Numbered from the stretch's first letter, positions 9,100 through 20,071 are shown. The stretch: 64,000 nt of DNA from an uncultured Candidatus Saccharibacteria bacterium (GCA_964402215.1 CAYOAT010000001.1:134703-198702); one strand, 5' to 3'. The notes: a model not told the origin generated them from the sequence alone. Numbers and translations are program-made.

Positions 9100-10203
9100 T
9101 TACCTATTCATTGGCATAACGAGGTACAAGAAACTTCTGTCTGTTGTTCCTTGGATAACCATTGGTTTTTCTGAACCACAAAATCTAAGTACAATCCCGT
9201 CCGACTTTATAGAGGCAAAACAATCATTTATATATTTACTATTAAAACTTAATTTTAGACTGTCCCCTGTAATTCTAGACTTGATATTATTTTTTGTTTC
9301 ACCAATTTCGCTTGAATTCGATTCTATTTGGAAAATTTCGTCCTTTGGTGAGATTATAAAAGTCACCTGATTAAATTTGTCGGTGAAGACATTTGAGACA
9401 CGGAGACTTTGCTGAAGATCATCTTTTAGAACGCTAATTTCAGTTTTAACTTCTTTTGGAATTATTTGTCGGTAGTCAGGAAAAACACCGTCTATAACGC
9501 GTGAAACGATAGTAATTTCGCTTGATTCAATGATCACGCGGTCCTGTTCAAAACAAATTTCTATTTCTTCATCAACGTCCTCCAGAGTCCTAATAATTTC
9601 AATAACGTTTTTGTATGGAATAAGTATATTTTCAAATAAATCAACGTTTTTTACTGAGATTCGACTTTCTGCCAATCGGAATGAGTCTGTGCCGACAAAG
9701 ACCAAATCTCCATCGTCAGAAAATATATAAACACTTGATAACTCTGGTTTGATGCTAGATGTCGCAGTGCTGTACCACACAGAATTTAAACCTTTTATAA
9801 AGTCAGAAGAGCTTAATTTAAACTTTTTACCTGACTTTTCATCAGAAATCACAGGAAAATCATCAATAGGTTGGATATTTATGATTGTGTCGGTTGATTC
9901 GCTAGTTAAATGTATTTTTGTTCCATCTGTTTCAATCCTAATATTTGAATCGTGCTTTGGTAGATTAGAAAGAAACGAGTTAAGAATTGTTGCAGGCACT
10001 AAAACTTTACCAATGTCACTCCCTTTTGCCCTAACAATAATTTTAAGACTAATATCAAGATTGGTTGAATTGATTACCAGGTCATTTCCATCAAAATCAA
10101 ACATAAGACACGCTAAAGCAGGTAAAGTAGAATTCTTTGTTGATATCTTTTCTGCCTTGCTAATTGCTTTCACCAATCTTTCTTTATTAATCTCTAATTT
10201 CAT
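9100..10203 (-). CDS. dnaN: DNA polymerase III beta clamp
   Basis: STNLDI, TDSFRLA, FPDYRQIIP, C-terminal LVMPM; next to dnaA. Confidence 0.96.
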   Translation of the reverse strand: MKLEINKERLVKAISKAEKISTKNSTLPALACLMFDFDGNDLVINSTNLDISLKIIVRAKGSDIGKVLVPATILNSFLSNLPKHDSNIRIETDGTKIHLTSESTDTIINIQPIDDFPVISDEKSGKKFKLSSSDFIKGLNSVWYSTATSSIKPELSSVYIFSDDGDLVFVGTDSFRLAESRISVKNVDLFENILIPYKNVIEIIRTLEDVDEEIEICFEQDRVIIESSEITIVSRVIDGVFPDYRQIIPKEVKTEISVLKDDLQQSLRVSNVFTDKFNQVTFIISPKDEIFQIESNSSEIGETKNNIKSRITGDSLKLSFNSKYINDCFASIKSDGIVLRFCGSEKPMVIQGTTDRSFLYLVMPMNR

Positions 10204-10429
10204 TTTATATAAAAGTTATTTATTATTATTAGTCCTGTGGATTTGTTGATAACTTCAATTTCTCTATACCCTACTTCATTAAATTGATATTTTTTTTTAT
10301 GTAAACTGTGGAAAAAAGTTTATAAATATTTTTTTATGTTGATAACTTTTTTTAAAGTTATTTTTTATCCACAATTTTACAAACTTCTTCACAAACAAAT
10401 CCGACTTTACCCACAGCTTTTCCAGAACA
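10204..10429. other. oriC: Probable replication origin oriC (DnaA-box cluster)
   Basis: dnaA-dnaN intergenic region with TGTGGAAAA 10307-10315, TTATCCACA 10365-10373 and near-matches (TGTTGATAA twice, TTCTTCACA, TTACCCACA) in very AT-rich DNA. Confidence 0.8.
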
Positions 10430-11779
10430 TTACAGCATCGACCGGATTTGGGTTAGCTGTTGGGAAAGAGAGTTATCTGTTTTTAGATCATTTTTTATTT
10501 TTTCACAAGAATGAATAACAGTTGTGTGATCACGTCCTCCTAATTTATCGCCAATTGTTGGATAAGAAATACTAAAGTCTTCTCTGAGGATGTACATAAC
10601 AATTTGGCGAGGACGAACGACTTCTTTTCGGCGGGTTTTATCACAGACACTGTGTTCTTCTATATTAAAGAAGTTGGCAACGATTTTTATAAGTTCATTA
10701 ACTGAAATCATTTTTTTTGGTTTTGCACTATTCTTAATCAAATCCTTGATTTCATTGAATGATAGAGCCTTACCTTTTAATTGGGTTTGGCAGATAATCG
10801 AATTTACAGCGCCCTCAAGCTCTCTAATGTTTCCCTCTACAGCCTTGGCTATGTAATCAAAGGTTTCCTTGTCCAAACGGATGTTATTTTTCTCTGCCTT
10901 AGAGCGTAAAATTGCGATACGTGACTCGTGATCAGGTGCAGTGATATCAACCATCATCCCTTGATTAAAACGAGATTTTAATCGGTCTTCTAACCCCGGA
11001 ATGAAGTTTGGGTGTTTATCTGATGAAAAGATAATTTGTTTGTTGTTATCGTATAAAGTGTTAAACAAATGGAATAATTCTTCTTGGGTTTTTTCTTTAC
11101 CAGAAAGAAATTGAATATCGTCCATAATTAAAACATCATATTTTCTATATTTATCTTTGAATAGGCTGACTTTGTTTGTTTGAACGGCATTAATATATTC
11201 AACAGTAAATTTTTCTGAAGTTAAATAAAAAACTCTTTTGTCAGGATTTTGAGTTTTTATTGTGTTACCAACCGCTTGGACCAAGTGAGTTTTTCCGTTT
11301 CCTGTGTTTCCATAAATGAACAGTGGATTGTAAACAATTCCTGGTTGTTTAATCACGGCTTGTGAAGCAGCGTGAGCAAGTTCATTGAACGGACCAATAA
11401 TAAAATTATCAAAAGTGTATCGTGGATTTAAATTATCTTCTTTATTTATATAAAAATCTGCTAGAGGAAGTTCGTTTGATTGAGTTTTTGGCTTTATAAC
11501 GACTACTTTCTTTGATTTATCATTTTTACAAACAGTGAATTCCAAGGATCTGATCTCATTGGAAATATCACGAAGGGTTTTTAGGATGTCTTTATGAAAT
11601 TTACTGTTTAGCCAGTCTTTTACGAAGCTGTTGGGTACGCCGACATGCACTACCCCGTCATCTATTTTTGTTATAAAAGTGTCCTTGAACCAAGTATTGA
11701 AATTCGCTTTGGAAATTTGGTTTTCTAGGATGTTTAGTGCATCCTCCCAGATATTTTTTTGTTCAAATATTCCAGACAT
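10430..11779 (-). CDS. dnaA: Chromosomal replication initiator DnaA
   Basis: LNPRYTFDNF, YNPLFIYG..GNGKTHL, DDIQF, NIRELEGA, GGRDHTTVIH. Confidence 0.98.
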   Translation of the reverse strand: MSGIFEQKNIWEDALNILENQISKANFNTWFKDTFITKIDDGVVHVGVPNSFVKDWLNSKFHKDILKTLRDISNEIRSLEFTVCKNDKSKKVVVIKPKTQSNELPLADFYINKEDNLNPRYTFDNFIIGPFNELAHAASQAVIKQPGIVYNPLFIYGNTGNGKTHLVQAVGNTIKTQNPDKRVFYLTSEKFTVEYINAVQTNKVSLFKDKYRKYDVLIMDDIQFLSGKEKTQEELFHLFNTLYDNNKQIIFSSDKHPNFIPGLEDRLKSRFNQGMMVDITAPDHESRIAILRSKAEKNNIRLDKETFDYIAKAVEGNIRELEGAVNSIICQTQLKGKALSFNEIKDLIKNSAKPKKMISVNELIKIVANFFNIEEHSVCDKTRRKEVVRPRQIVMYILREDFSISYPTIGDKLGGRDHTTVIHSCEKIKNDLKTDNSLSQQLTQIRSML

Positions 11780-11888
11780 TTATTGTGTTTTAACGCTGAC
11801 TCATTATATACCCGAATGTAAATTAAAGAACTTGCTTAAAATTTTTAATTATGTTAAAAACATGTTGATAAGGTGTTAATAATTTTTT

Positions 11889-12023
11889 ATGTCAATTACA
11901 TATCAACCAAAAAAAAGAAAGCGATCAAAAACACACGGATTTTTAGTTCGAAGTCGAAGCCCTGGAGGTAAAAAGGTGTTAAAAAGCCGAAGACAGAAGG
12001 GACGAAAGCGAATTTCAGTCTAA
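11889..12023 (+). CDS. rpmH: 50S ribosomal protein L34
   Basis: Manual translation [44 protein letters not shown]; below the ORF-track size cutoff. Confidence 0.95.
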   Translation: MSITYQPKKRKRSKTHGFLVRSRSPGGKKVLKSRRQKGRKRISV

Positions 12024-12340
12024 TGTTTGCTAAAAAAAATAGAATATCTGCACTAGAAGTTCAAAAAATGTTCAGCAGTGACGTTAAAACGGCTCACTCT
12101 GAATTTTTTTTATTAAAGAAGAGATCAAATGATCTAGGATTATCAAGATTTGCGGTTTTAATACCAAAAAAAGTCTCCAAAACGGCAGTTCAAAGACACT
12201 TTGATAAAAGAATGGTTGTGTCGGCGATTCAAAAGGTTAATTATCCCGTTAGTTATGATTATGTTTTAACTTTAAAGAAAAGTATAAAAGAATCATCACT
12301 GGATGCAATAACCGCTGATTTGGTCAGAATTCTAATATAG
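12023..12340 (+). CDS. rnpA: Ribonuclease P protein component
   Basis: SRFAVLIPKKVSKTAVQRHFDKR (degenerate RNR motif); rpmH-rnpA-yidC synteny. Confidence 0.85.
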   Translation: MFAKKNRISALEVQKMFSSDVKTAHSEFFLLKKRSNDLGLSRFAVLIPKKVSKTAVQRHFDKRMVVSAIQKVNYPVSYDYVLTLKKSIKESSLDAITADLVRILI

Positions 12341-12357
12341 GGTATGATTTTATATAT

Positions 12358-13134
12358 ATGAAGGAAATATTCATCAACGTAGTCGTTCAGCCTTTTTACA
12401 ATGCCTTAATTTTATTAACTAATTTTGTTACAAGCGATTTGGGTATTGCTCTTATTATCTTAACTATAATTTTTCGTTTAGTTCTCTTCCCTCTTTACAA
12501 GAGTCAAATTAGAACGCAAATAAAAATGAATCAAATTCAGGAGCCTTTGAAAAAGATTCAAGAAAAATATAAAAATGACCGCGAGGCGTTGGGCAGAGAG
12601 ATGTTGAAACTTTATAAACAAAATAAAGTAAATCCGTTTTCTGGAATTCTTATTTTAATTATTCAGTTACCACTTCTACTTGGTTTTTATTATGTTTTTT
12701 CTAGAGCCGGATTACCAAACATTAACGAAAATCTTCTTTATTCATTTGTTCACTGGCCAGATAATTTGAGTACCGTTTTTCTTGGAATTATCGACATGAC
12801 TGGAAAAAGTTTACCTCTTGCAATAGCCGCTGCGGTCGCACAATTCTTTCAGATGCAGTTAATGCTTCCAAAAAAGAAAGCTGTTGATGAAACAAAGAAA
12901 ACCAACAATGTTTCGCCAGAGAATGTTATGAAAAGTATGCAAACACAAATGGCGTATGTCATGCCAGCAATGATGGGAATGTTTGCCTACACACTTGGTG
13001 CGATGCTGGGTCTATATTTTCTAGTCGGAAGTTTAATTTCTATTGGTCAAGAATTTTATATAAGAAAAAGTATAAAGGGTCCAGAAGAAGAACGCCTAAA
13101 GAAGGAAAAAGAATTGTCAGAGAAAATTATTTAG
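12358..13134 (+). CDS. yidC: YidC/Oxa1 membrane protein insertase
   Basis: RLVLFPL, IQEKYK..RE...EMLKLYK..VNPFSG..IIQLP. Confidence 0.93.
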   Translation: MKEIFINVVVQPFYNALILLTNFVTSDLGIALIILTIIFRLVLFPLYKSQIRTQIKMNQIQEPLKKIQEKYKNDREALGREMLKLYKQNKVNPFSGILILIIQLPLLLGFYYVFSRAGLPNINENLLYSFVHWPDNLSTVFLGIIDMTGKSLPLAIAAAVAQFFQMQLMLPKKKAVDETKKTNNVSPENVMKSMQTQMAYVMPAMMGMFAYTLGAMLGLYFLVGSLISIGQEFYIRKSIKGPEEERLKKEKELSEKII

Positions 13135-14404
13135 TTATATCTAAACTCCACAAAGATAGGTCTTTTTTGTTTTGAAATAGTATATATTCTTCCTGTTCTG
13201 AAAGCTGGATGCCGTCAATATCAAATGCATATTTTGAAATAGATTCAAATTTTGATGTTGTGTTTAGGTCGAGATCAATTTTATATAGTTCATCTGTAAA
13301 TGAAACTGTTCCCTGGTACCACATGTCTGGGTATGGGCCAGCAGGCATCTTTCTTGGAACTGCACAATAAACCAGGTTTGTATTTTTTTTGCTCCAAACA
13401 CATTTTTCGGCAAAAGTTCTTAACCCAAAACCTTTTGTTTCGTTTGTTTTTAAATCAACAATACTTGTTGTAATAGAATCATTTTTATATTCAGAAACCA
13501 ACATTTTTGTTTGGTTTGAATTCTGATTTACAAGAAGTCCCAATCTGTCGTCTTGGATAATATTTAGCGAACCACTAACCGGGTCAAGAGAAAATGCAAA
13601 TCCTTCTGAGAAGTATGATGGTTTTGTTGTTAATATTATTTGTTTATTGACCCAATTTGCTAGCCATTCTGTGATCGCATAATCCATTATTAGTGTTTGA
13701 TTTTGTGGTGATGAACCATTGAATGTATATCCTTTGCCGTCCTTCGTATAAAAGAATTTATCTTCGGTTGGTGACTTTGTAATTGCCACTACATTTTTCG
13801 GTAAGAAGCTACCCTGTAGTAGTGAAAATGGGCTCTCGTTTTCTTCAGCAGTTGTAGTTGATGTTTTTGACAAAATTTTGGCGACAAATGTTTCTATGTT
13901 TTCGTTTGCATCAAGATATCTTAAAACAACTCCGTCCCCAGCGGTAAAAAATGATGCCTCATATACTTTAGGGACAGTCGTATTTGTAATTCTGTCGATC
14001 TTCAAACTATTTTCCGTTGTTTCAAAAACATTACCAGTTGCGCGGTCCACATATCTATAAATAGTCTCTGTTTGGTTTCGTTTAGACTCCGGAATATTTT
14101 CTTGGGATTGAGCAACTAATCTTTCAAAGGTTGTAAAACCCGAAATTGGAGAAGCGACGATTTGGCGAAGTGTCGGAATACTTTTTATTTCTTCCAAGCT
14201 AGTTGGAACACTTCCATCAGCAGTGTTTGTTGATGAACCTGTGTTATTTGACACTGGCAAAGTATATCCGTTATTTGTTGTGTCAATTTTTCCGTCAGAG
14301 TCGTTATCTACTGTTTTGTAGGATGAAATAATTAAATATCCAATAAATATTAATGCCAAAATTGTTACTGCTGCTAATATTTTTATTGCGGTTTTTCTTG
14401 TCAT
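13127..14404 (-). CDS. Membrane-anchored hypothetical protein with probable beta-propeller domain (secretion cluster)
   Basis: N-terminal TM helix, S/T linker, repeated beta-rich blade-like segments ending LWSLDI. Confidence 0.6.
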   Translation of the reverse strand: MTRKTAIKILAAVTILALIFIGYLIISSYKTVDNDSDGKIDTTNNGYTLPVSNNTGSSTNTADGSVPTSLEEIKSIPTLRQIVASPISGFTTFERLVAQSQENIPESKRNQTETIYRYVDRATGNVFETTENSLKIDRITNTTVPKVYEASFFTAGDGVVLRYLDANENIETFVAKILSKTSTTTAEENESPFSLLQGSFLPKNVVAITKSPTEDKFFYTKDGKGYTFNGSSPQNQTLIMDYAITEWLANWVNKQIILTTKPSYFSEGFAFSLDPVSGSLNIIQDDRLGLLVNQNSNQTKMLVSEYKNDSITTSIVDLKTNETKGFGLRTFAEKCVWSKKNTNLVYCAVPRKMPAGPYPDMWYQGTVSFTDELYKIDLDLNTTSKFESISKYAFDIDGIQLSEQEEYILFQNKKDLSLWSLDITK

Positions 14405-14415
14405 GTTATTTTTTA

Positions 14416-14940
14416 CTAATCGGCCTCATTTGCAGAACCACCACCCGGCGGAGTAGGCGAAACATTCCCCCCTATTGGGCCTGCTGATGGAATGAATAGG
14501 CGCATTGAAGTAATTGAACTGTTAATTTGGTTCAAAATTAACCAGGATATTAGAGCAAGGATAAGACCAGCAATGGCTGATTGAATTTTAGTTAGACCTT
14601 CCTTTTTTTCGAAAACCGCGTCCGTTGTCATATATTGTATAGAACCTAGAACAATATATAGAATAGCAAGTACTAGTGCTATAACAATCATCCACTTGAA
14701 TACCTTTGCCAGAATTCCACCAGTTGAGTCGAAATCAGATTCAACAAAAAGACCATTGCCACTACCGGTATCAGTTAGTGGCACATAACTATCAAGAGCT
14801 TGTGCGGCTTGCTCATTCTGTGTCAAATTTTTAGTATCAGTATTCCCAAAATTAATAGTTATTAAAACCGAGATTAATATAACTAAAAAAGTTAGTGTGG
14901 CCGACACAAGCATTATTTTTTTATTAAGAATATTTATCAT
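14416..14940 (-). CDS. VirB2/TrbC-like pilin-type membrane protein
   Basis: Two-helix motif IALVLAILYIVLGSIQYMTT...KKEG..KIQSAIAGLILALISWLILNQIN, typical of CPR pilin-like proteins. Confidence 0.65.
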   Translation of the reverse strand: MINILNKKIMLVSATLTFLVILISVLITINFGNTDTKNLTQNEQAAQALDSYVPLTDTGSGNGLFVESDFDSTGGILAKVFKWMIVIALVLAILYIVLGSIQYMTTDAVFEKKEGLTKIQSAIAGLILALISWLILNQINSSITSMRLFIPSAGPIGGNVSPTPPGGGSANEAD

Positions 14941-14942
14941 AA

Positions 14943-16013
14943 TTAAAATCGTGAATCATTATTTTTATAATATTGTACCTCCGTTATTTTCGTAGCCTTT
15001 ATAAATGGGTTTGCAAGGTTATTAATGGTAACAGAAAAATATGCTGAACCGTTTGTATTTTCTTCGTTTGCAAAAACTATATAGTTTGCCGTATCTGATA
15101 TATTTAATTTTGTGATTCCTCTATACCACTCGTATCTCAAGTCCTTTAAAGCATTTTTATCAAAAAAGAACGGTGAGATATAAATTTTTATCTCGTCACT
15201 ATTCAACATAATTTTATCACTTAAATCTTTATTTGAAAAAATTCCAAGAGAAGGGCTATTCTCATAGAAAATAGGTAATGGTTTTATAAACCTAAAACTC
15301 TCGATTGTTTTATTGGTTATGCTCTCATTTACTACTTTAATTGAGACGGTAATCATTACTTCCGTGGTGTAATTTTCTGGTTTAAAATAGAGAATATTTT
15401 TTCCTGCTCCTGATGCCTGAATATTTGTTTCGCCGTTAATTCTCCATGTGAAAACTATATTATCGTCGTCAATTCTTTTTCTGTCATACCCGAGTAGGTT
15501 TGTGACGGCAACAAATTCGATCTGTGACCCTTTTGATGGGAGACGCTTGCCTTTATAAAATGGGAAAGTTGTTGTCTGTGCCTCGTAAAATATTGATAAT
15601 TCTGATGCCGATACAGTCTCAGTTGCAGTGTATTCCAAACCACGACTTTTTACCACAACTTTTACTTTTGTGTCCCCTCCGATATCACCTACTTTTGTAT
15701 TAATTTCTTTTAAGCCAAGTCCACTTGTAATCAATTTGTCATTAACATACCAAAATATTGTTGATTCATTAAGTGATAGAGATTGACTCTCAACAATAAC
15801 TGTCACTGGACTGTTAGGCGTAGGGTTTGATGGACTAAATAATAAATTAACAGATGGTTTTCTCATTTCAAGTGAAGAGGGTATCGAATCCCCGGAGTTT
15901 TCAACCGAGCTTGTATCAATATCAGTCCAAGTTGTTTGCGCCGACAGATTGAATATTGGTAAAAAACAAAAAATCAGTGAACTAAATAGTAATGTTAATA
16001 TAAAACGTTTCAT
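14943..16013 (-). CDS. Exported protein with Ig-like beta-sandwich repeats
   Basis: Signal peptide ending LSA; repeated I-x-W-x-V/I-N motifs (IFWYVND, FTWRING, YEWYRG). Confidence 0.6.
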   Translation of the reverse strand: MKRFILTLLFSSLIFCFLPIFNLSAQTTWTDIDTSSVENSGDSIPSSLEMRKPSVNLLFSPSNPTPNSPVTVIVESQSLSLNESTIFWYVNDKLITSGLGLKEINTKVGDIGGDTKVKVVVKSRGLEYTATETVSASELSIFYEAQTTTFPFYKGKRLPSKGSQIEFVAVTNLLGYDRKRIDDDNIVFTWRINGETNIQASGAGKNILYFKPENYTTEVMITVSIKVVNESITNKTIESFRFIKPLPIFYENSPSLGIFSNKDLSDKIMLNSDEIKIYISPFFFDKNALKDLRYEWYRGITKLNISDTANYIVFANEENTNGSAYFSVTINNLANPFIKATKITEVQYYKNNDSRF

Positions 16014-16072
16014 TAGTATAATTGTAACAAATCACCTACCTTTGTGAAATAGCTTATTAGTGTAATGGCAAA

Positions 16073-16471
16073 TTATACTTTCTTTGTGATAACCGCCTTC
16101 CCTATTTTTGCGACATCAGCCAAGTCGCCACTTGTGTCACCACTGTCTTCTTTCCATGTCTGTCTGATTGTCAGAATTACGCCAATAGTAGTTAGACAGA
16201 AATCAATGACAGGTATAGGTAGCAGTTCGCCAATACTACTAACCCAAAACTTTCCACCAGATTTTGGACTACTTAGTTTTATATTTGAAGCCATGAACCA
16301 AATAGAAAAACTGATAAGCGCAAAAATATCAGGAATATATGCTAATACAACTCCGACAAACGGTAATAAATCAAACAAAAACTCCATTAGATCAAAGAAA
16401 ATGGCCAACATCACCATGCTCGCGGCCGACATTTTCGAAATTCTTCTATATTTATCATTTTCTTGCGCCAT
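16073..16471 (-). CDS. Hypothetical membrane protein (secretion cluster)
   Basis: Several hydrophobic helices, ELLPIP motif; 5 nt after the VirB4-like stop. Confidence 0.7.
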   Translation of the reverse strand: MAQENDKYRRISKMSAASMVMLAIFFDLMEFLFDLLPFVGVVLAYIPDIFALISFSIWFMASNIKLSSPKSGGKFWVSSIGELLPIPVIDFCLTTIGVILTIRQTWKEDSGDTSGDLADVAKIGKAVITKKV

Positions 16472-16476
16472 CTTTT

Positions 16477-18360
16477 TTATTTAAACCCCTCCAAATCTTT
16501 TTGAATTTTTCTGACATTCGATTCTTGAGTAGAAACGTTTTGTGCAGAGTCGTGTAACATTTGTTTGTTTTTTCTAATATCCAAAACTTGCGCAGGGTTT
16601 GAAGTAATTAGTTGGTCTTCGGCATATGAACCAATAACTTTGATGGCTACGTGTTTTAACCCAGCAAAGAATATTCCCTCCCCGACATCTGATTCCAAGA
16701 GTAAATATTTTTCCTCGTCAGTTAAGTTGAAGGTTTTTTGGACAATATCAATTGATGATACAGATTGTTTCATCAACATTTGCATAGACGAGTTGCTGAT
16801 AATTGGAATTCCATACGGAGAATTCAAAAAGTCTTCAACGTCCTGGGTGATAGTTGAAAGACCTAGATAATATTTTCTTCCTCTTTTTGCCAAACTAAAC
16901 AAAAATGATGCAGTGTCTTCTGATTTCATCATCCACCAAGCCTCGTCGATAACAAGTAATCTTTTTCTGAGATCCTTTCTAATCGCGGTCCAAATATGGT
17001 GTGTGACCAAATACATCGCAATAGGTTTTAGCTCGTCCTCCATGTCTCGTAGAGAGAAAACAATAAAGTTTTTATTTATATCGACATTTGTTGGTTTGTT
17101 GATGAAACCTGACCAAGTTCCCTTTGTATATTTTGTCAGTTTTTGCGCTAAATTTTCCGCACCTTCCATACCACCCAGAACCAATTCAAAGTCAGTCATC
17201 ATTGGGGGTTCGATTTGTGAAAAATCAGATTCAGGCGTGATATCCTTTAAAGCATAAGTTTCTGAAATTGCACGGTCTATTATTGCATCTTCCTCTGGAG
17301 TCAAACCTCCGAACATTAATCTAAATAAACCAACAAGGTTTACAATGTTTGAACGTAAAACATCAGATGGTTGTTCATCTGGTCGTGGAGCCGGAATATC
17401 AAACGGATTAATGTGGTGATTTGAAGTTAAAGAAATATTAAAGAATCTACCGCCCGTTGCTTCGGCCATATATTCATATTCCCTTTCTGGGTCGATAACA
17501 ATAACTTCTACGCCAAACATTAGGGATCTTAGTATTTCAAGTTTTGTTGTATAAGATTTTCCTGCACCGGCCTTTGCAAATGTTACCGAATTATAATTTT
17601 CAAGTGAAAATCTGTCGAACAAAACGAGACCAGAATTGTGTCTGTTAATTCCATATAAAATACCCTTATCGGCGGTTAATTCGAATGAAATGAATGGAAA
17701 AATACTAGACAATGGCTCAGAATTTAATTTTGTATGTATACCAAGTAAATCTGTGGCAATTGGAATAATGCTCTTGAAACCCTCTTCCTGTTGAAAAACG
17801 GCCGGTTTTACATAAACTAATTTCGCTTCAAGAATTGATTTTATTTCAGATTCAACTTTATCAAGTTCGTCATCAGAACTACCATATATAGATAGATATA
17901 AACCAACGTCAAAAATCTTTTCTTGGGCTTGTTGTAGGTTGTCGCGCAATGTTTCAAGATCTCTAAATGCCGTGTCCAATTGTGGATCACGAACCAAGCC
18001 TTTCTCCATTCGCATATTAATTTGGCTTTCGACTTCCGCAACTTTTTTCTGGAACTGGCGCAAAATGACTGTGGTATCGATTGGGTGAACGAAAATTGAA
18101 ATATCAAAAACCTTGTCTAGGTTTATTATTGGAGAGAACCAATTGTCAGATAAAAATCTTGGATAAGAAATAACAAAAAAACTTCTAACAATTCTGTCAC
18201 CAAGGCTTAATTCACGAGGGGAAACTTTTAAAGCGGGAGGAGCAATAATATCCTTTAATTCCAAAACACCTGCCTCATAAATTTGCTGTGGTAAAAATGA
18301 AGTAATTTTTGGTGCTTCTGTTTTAGAACTTTTTCCTTTTATAAAATCTAATATTCCCAT
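16477..18360 (-). CDS. virB4: VirB4-like ATPase (type IV secretion / conjugation family)
   Basis: AKAGAGKS Walker A, VIDPEREY, INPFD, LVIDEAW, KRGRKY, ITQDVEDF. Confidence 0.9.
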   Translation of the reverse strand: MGILDFIKGKSSKTEAPKITSFLPQQIYEAGVLELKDIIAPPALKVSPRELSLGDRIVRSFFVISYPRFLSDNWFSPIINLDKVFDISIFVHPIDTTVILRQFQKKVAEVESQINMRMEKGLVRDPQLDTAFRDLETLRDNLQQAQEKIFDVGLYLSIYGSSDDELDKVESEIKSILEAKLVYVKPAVFQQEEGFKSIIPIATDLLGIHTKLNSEPLSSIFPFISFELTADKGILYGINRHNSGLVLFDRFSLENYNSVTFAKAGAGKSYTTKLEILRSLMFGVEVIVIDPEREYEYMAEATGGRFFNISLTSNHHINPFDIPAPRPDEQPSDVLRSNIVNLVGLFRLMFGGLTPEEDAIIDRAISETYALKDITPESDFSQIEPPMMTDFELVLGGMEGAENLAQKLTKYTKGTWSGFINKPTNVDINKNFIVFSLRDMEDELKPIAMYLVTHHIWTAIRKDLRKRLLVIDEAWWMMKSEDTASFLFSLAKRGRKYYLGLSTITQDVEDFLNSPYGIPIISNSSMQMLMKQSVSSIDIVQKTFNLTDEEKYLLLESDVGEGIFFAGLKHVAIKVIGSYAEDQLITSNPAQVLDIRKNKQMLHDSAQNVSTQESNVRKIQKDLEGFK

Positions 18361-18365
18361 GATAA

Positions 18366-18986
18366 TTATTGTTTAGTTGGTGAATTAACTTCGCTTGGAT
18401 TGAATATTTTGTAATAAATTTCGATTATTTCTTCCGTTCCAAGGCGGGCGACGCGCACACCGCACCTACTAATTCCCTGTTTAACCACAGAAACTCTTTG
18501 CTCCAGCTGACTTCGACTTTCTTCAAAATCGTCAGCAACCTGTTGAACCTTTGTTTTTTTATTTCCGCCAAACATTTTGCTGCCTTTTGATAAGTTAAGT
18601 CCTGGCGGAGTATAAGGAATGACAATAAAAAAGTTTTTTGTCATTATATTTACACTTTCGGTAAAAGTTTTAATAAAGTTTATGTATTCTTTTGATTGAA
18701 TTCGAAGCAAATCATTTGTCTGCGATTTGGTTTTATCTTCCAACATCGCCAGATAGGGTCTAATATCAAGCTTTCTTGATTGTATAAAAATTTGAATTGT
18801 AAAATCTAATGAGTTAAGAAAATTTTGAAATTGAAAAATTATCGCTTCCTGTTCGTCCTGGGATTTTAAAGCAAAGTTAAGAGACGAGGTCATCATAATT
18901 GCGCGCATCGATCCATCTTTCAATATAGCAACGCCATCCCTGACCTCTTTTATTGGAACAAAATCTTGTGATGTTTTTGGTACCAT
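18366..18986 (-). CDS. VirB4 N-terminal-like / TraC-like accessory protein
   Basis: SSLNFALKSQDEQEAII..FQNFLNSLDF; lies between the PrgI-like and VirB4-like genes. Confidence 0.7.
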   Translation of the reverse strand: MVPKTSQDFVPIKEVRDGVAILKDGSMRAIMMTSSLNFALKSQDEQEAIIFQFQNFLNSLDFTIQIFIQSRKLDIRPYLAMLEDKTKSQTNDLLRIQSKEYINFIKTFTESVNIMTKNFFIVIPYTPPGLNLSKGSKMFGGNKKTKVQQVADDFEESRSQLEQRVSVVKQGISRCGVRVARLGTEEIIEIYYKIFNPSEVNSPTKQ

Positions 18987-19028
18987 TTGAAATTATTATA
19001 CACTATATTATCTACACCCCTAAACTTG

Positions 19029-19436
19029 CTATTCGATTTTCTCTTTAATGTCCAAACTCCAAGATAAGTCTTTCAATTTGCTGTCAGAGAGCTTGGGCAA
19101 AAACATTCCTGGATCAATAGCGGCTTCTGCGTTACCTTTTGCTTCTATTTTCTTTGGTATTTTTTTCCAAATATAAATTTTACTGCCTGTAAAATATTTT
19201 ACAGAATTCTCAAATGTTTGGACAAAAGGTTGCCATCCATCAAATTTAAAAAAAGCAAACATAAGGAAAAGAGCAACAACAGGAATGCCTAGAATAATAG
19301 CAATTATTTTTGGAAAGATGCTCCAAATAATAAACCCTATTCCAGCAGCACCACCGACGTACAAAAATTGTTTTGCCGTTAATGGGCCGAATATTTTGTC
19401 TTCAACCCCGATAAATTGTGGAACTTGATATTTCAT
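19029..19436 (-). CDS. PrgI family (VirB3-like) membrane protein
   Basis: YQVPQFIGVEDKIFGPLTAKQF followed by two TM helices. Confidence 0.85.
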   Translation of the reverse strand: MKYQVPQFIGVEDKIFGPLTAKQFLYVGGAAGIGFIIWSIFPKIIAIILGIPVVALFLMFAFFKFDGWQPFVQTFENSVKYFTGSKIYIWKKIPKKIEAKGNAEAAIDPGMFLPKLSDSKLKDLSWSLDIKEKIE

Positions 19437-19443
19437 TTATAAC

Positions 19444-20061
19444 TTATTCTAACACTTCCCTGTAAGGGTCGATAACTTTTGGTTTTACAACATAATTTTC
19501 CGTCTTTGATTCGACAACAGAAGTCAGTTTTTGTTCAGCGATTTTATTTTCTATGCTGGTTACTTCTGTTTTGGCTGGCGCTGTTTCAATATTTTTAACT
19601 AGTGTTGTCGTTGGTTCATCAGATAGTATTTCCAAATGGTCAGACATTTCTGCTGCAATGGATTCCTTTGTAGGTGTGGAGGTTTTTATGTTGTCTTCTG
19701 GCAAGATAGAAACAGATTGCTTCTTCTCTTGTAGCTCTACAAGTTTTTGCTTTATGTCTCTAAAAACTTCATCTTCTACTGAATTAATTATGCTGTTTAA
19801 TTTTTCATCCTCAAGTTTAATTTCTTGTTTAAGGACATCGGCATATTTTATTGGACTAATAATGCCAAGCATTACAAGAAAAGTATTTTTTTCAAGAGTA
19901 TTAGCATCTCCTATTACAAGATTATTTTTTTTAGATATCGCGCGTATTTTTTGTTCCCAATGAGAATTAACAATCGCTTCTTTTATTACTTGTGGTAGCG
20001 AATTAAATATTTCTACTATTGGATCGTTTTCAGTGCTTTGTTGGTTGTTTGGTTCTTGCAT
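19444..20061 (-). CDS. Hypothetical protein ending in DPYRE motif
   Basis: FNSLPQVIKEAI N-terminal domain, C-terminal IDPYREVLE; probable start ATG 20061. Confidence 0.7.
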   Translation of the reverse strand: MQEPNNQQSTENDPIVEIFNSLPQVIKEAIVNSHWEQKIRAISKKNNLVIGDANTLEKNTFLVMLGIISPIKYADVLKQEIKLEDEKLNSIINSVEDEVFRDIKQKLVELQEKKQSVSILPEDNIKTSTPTKESIAAEMSDHLEILSDEPTTTLVKNIETAPAKTEVTSIENKIAEQKLTSVVESKTENYVVKPKVIDPYREVLE

Positions 20062-20071
20062 AATAATTTGC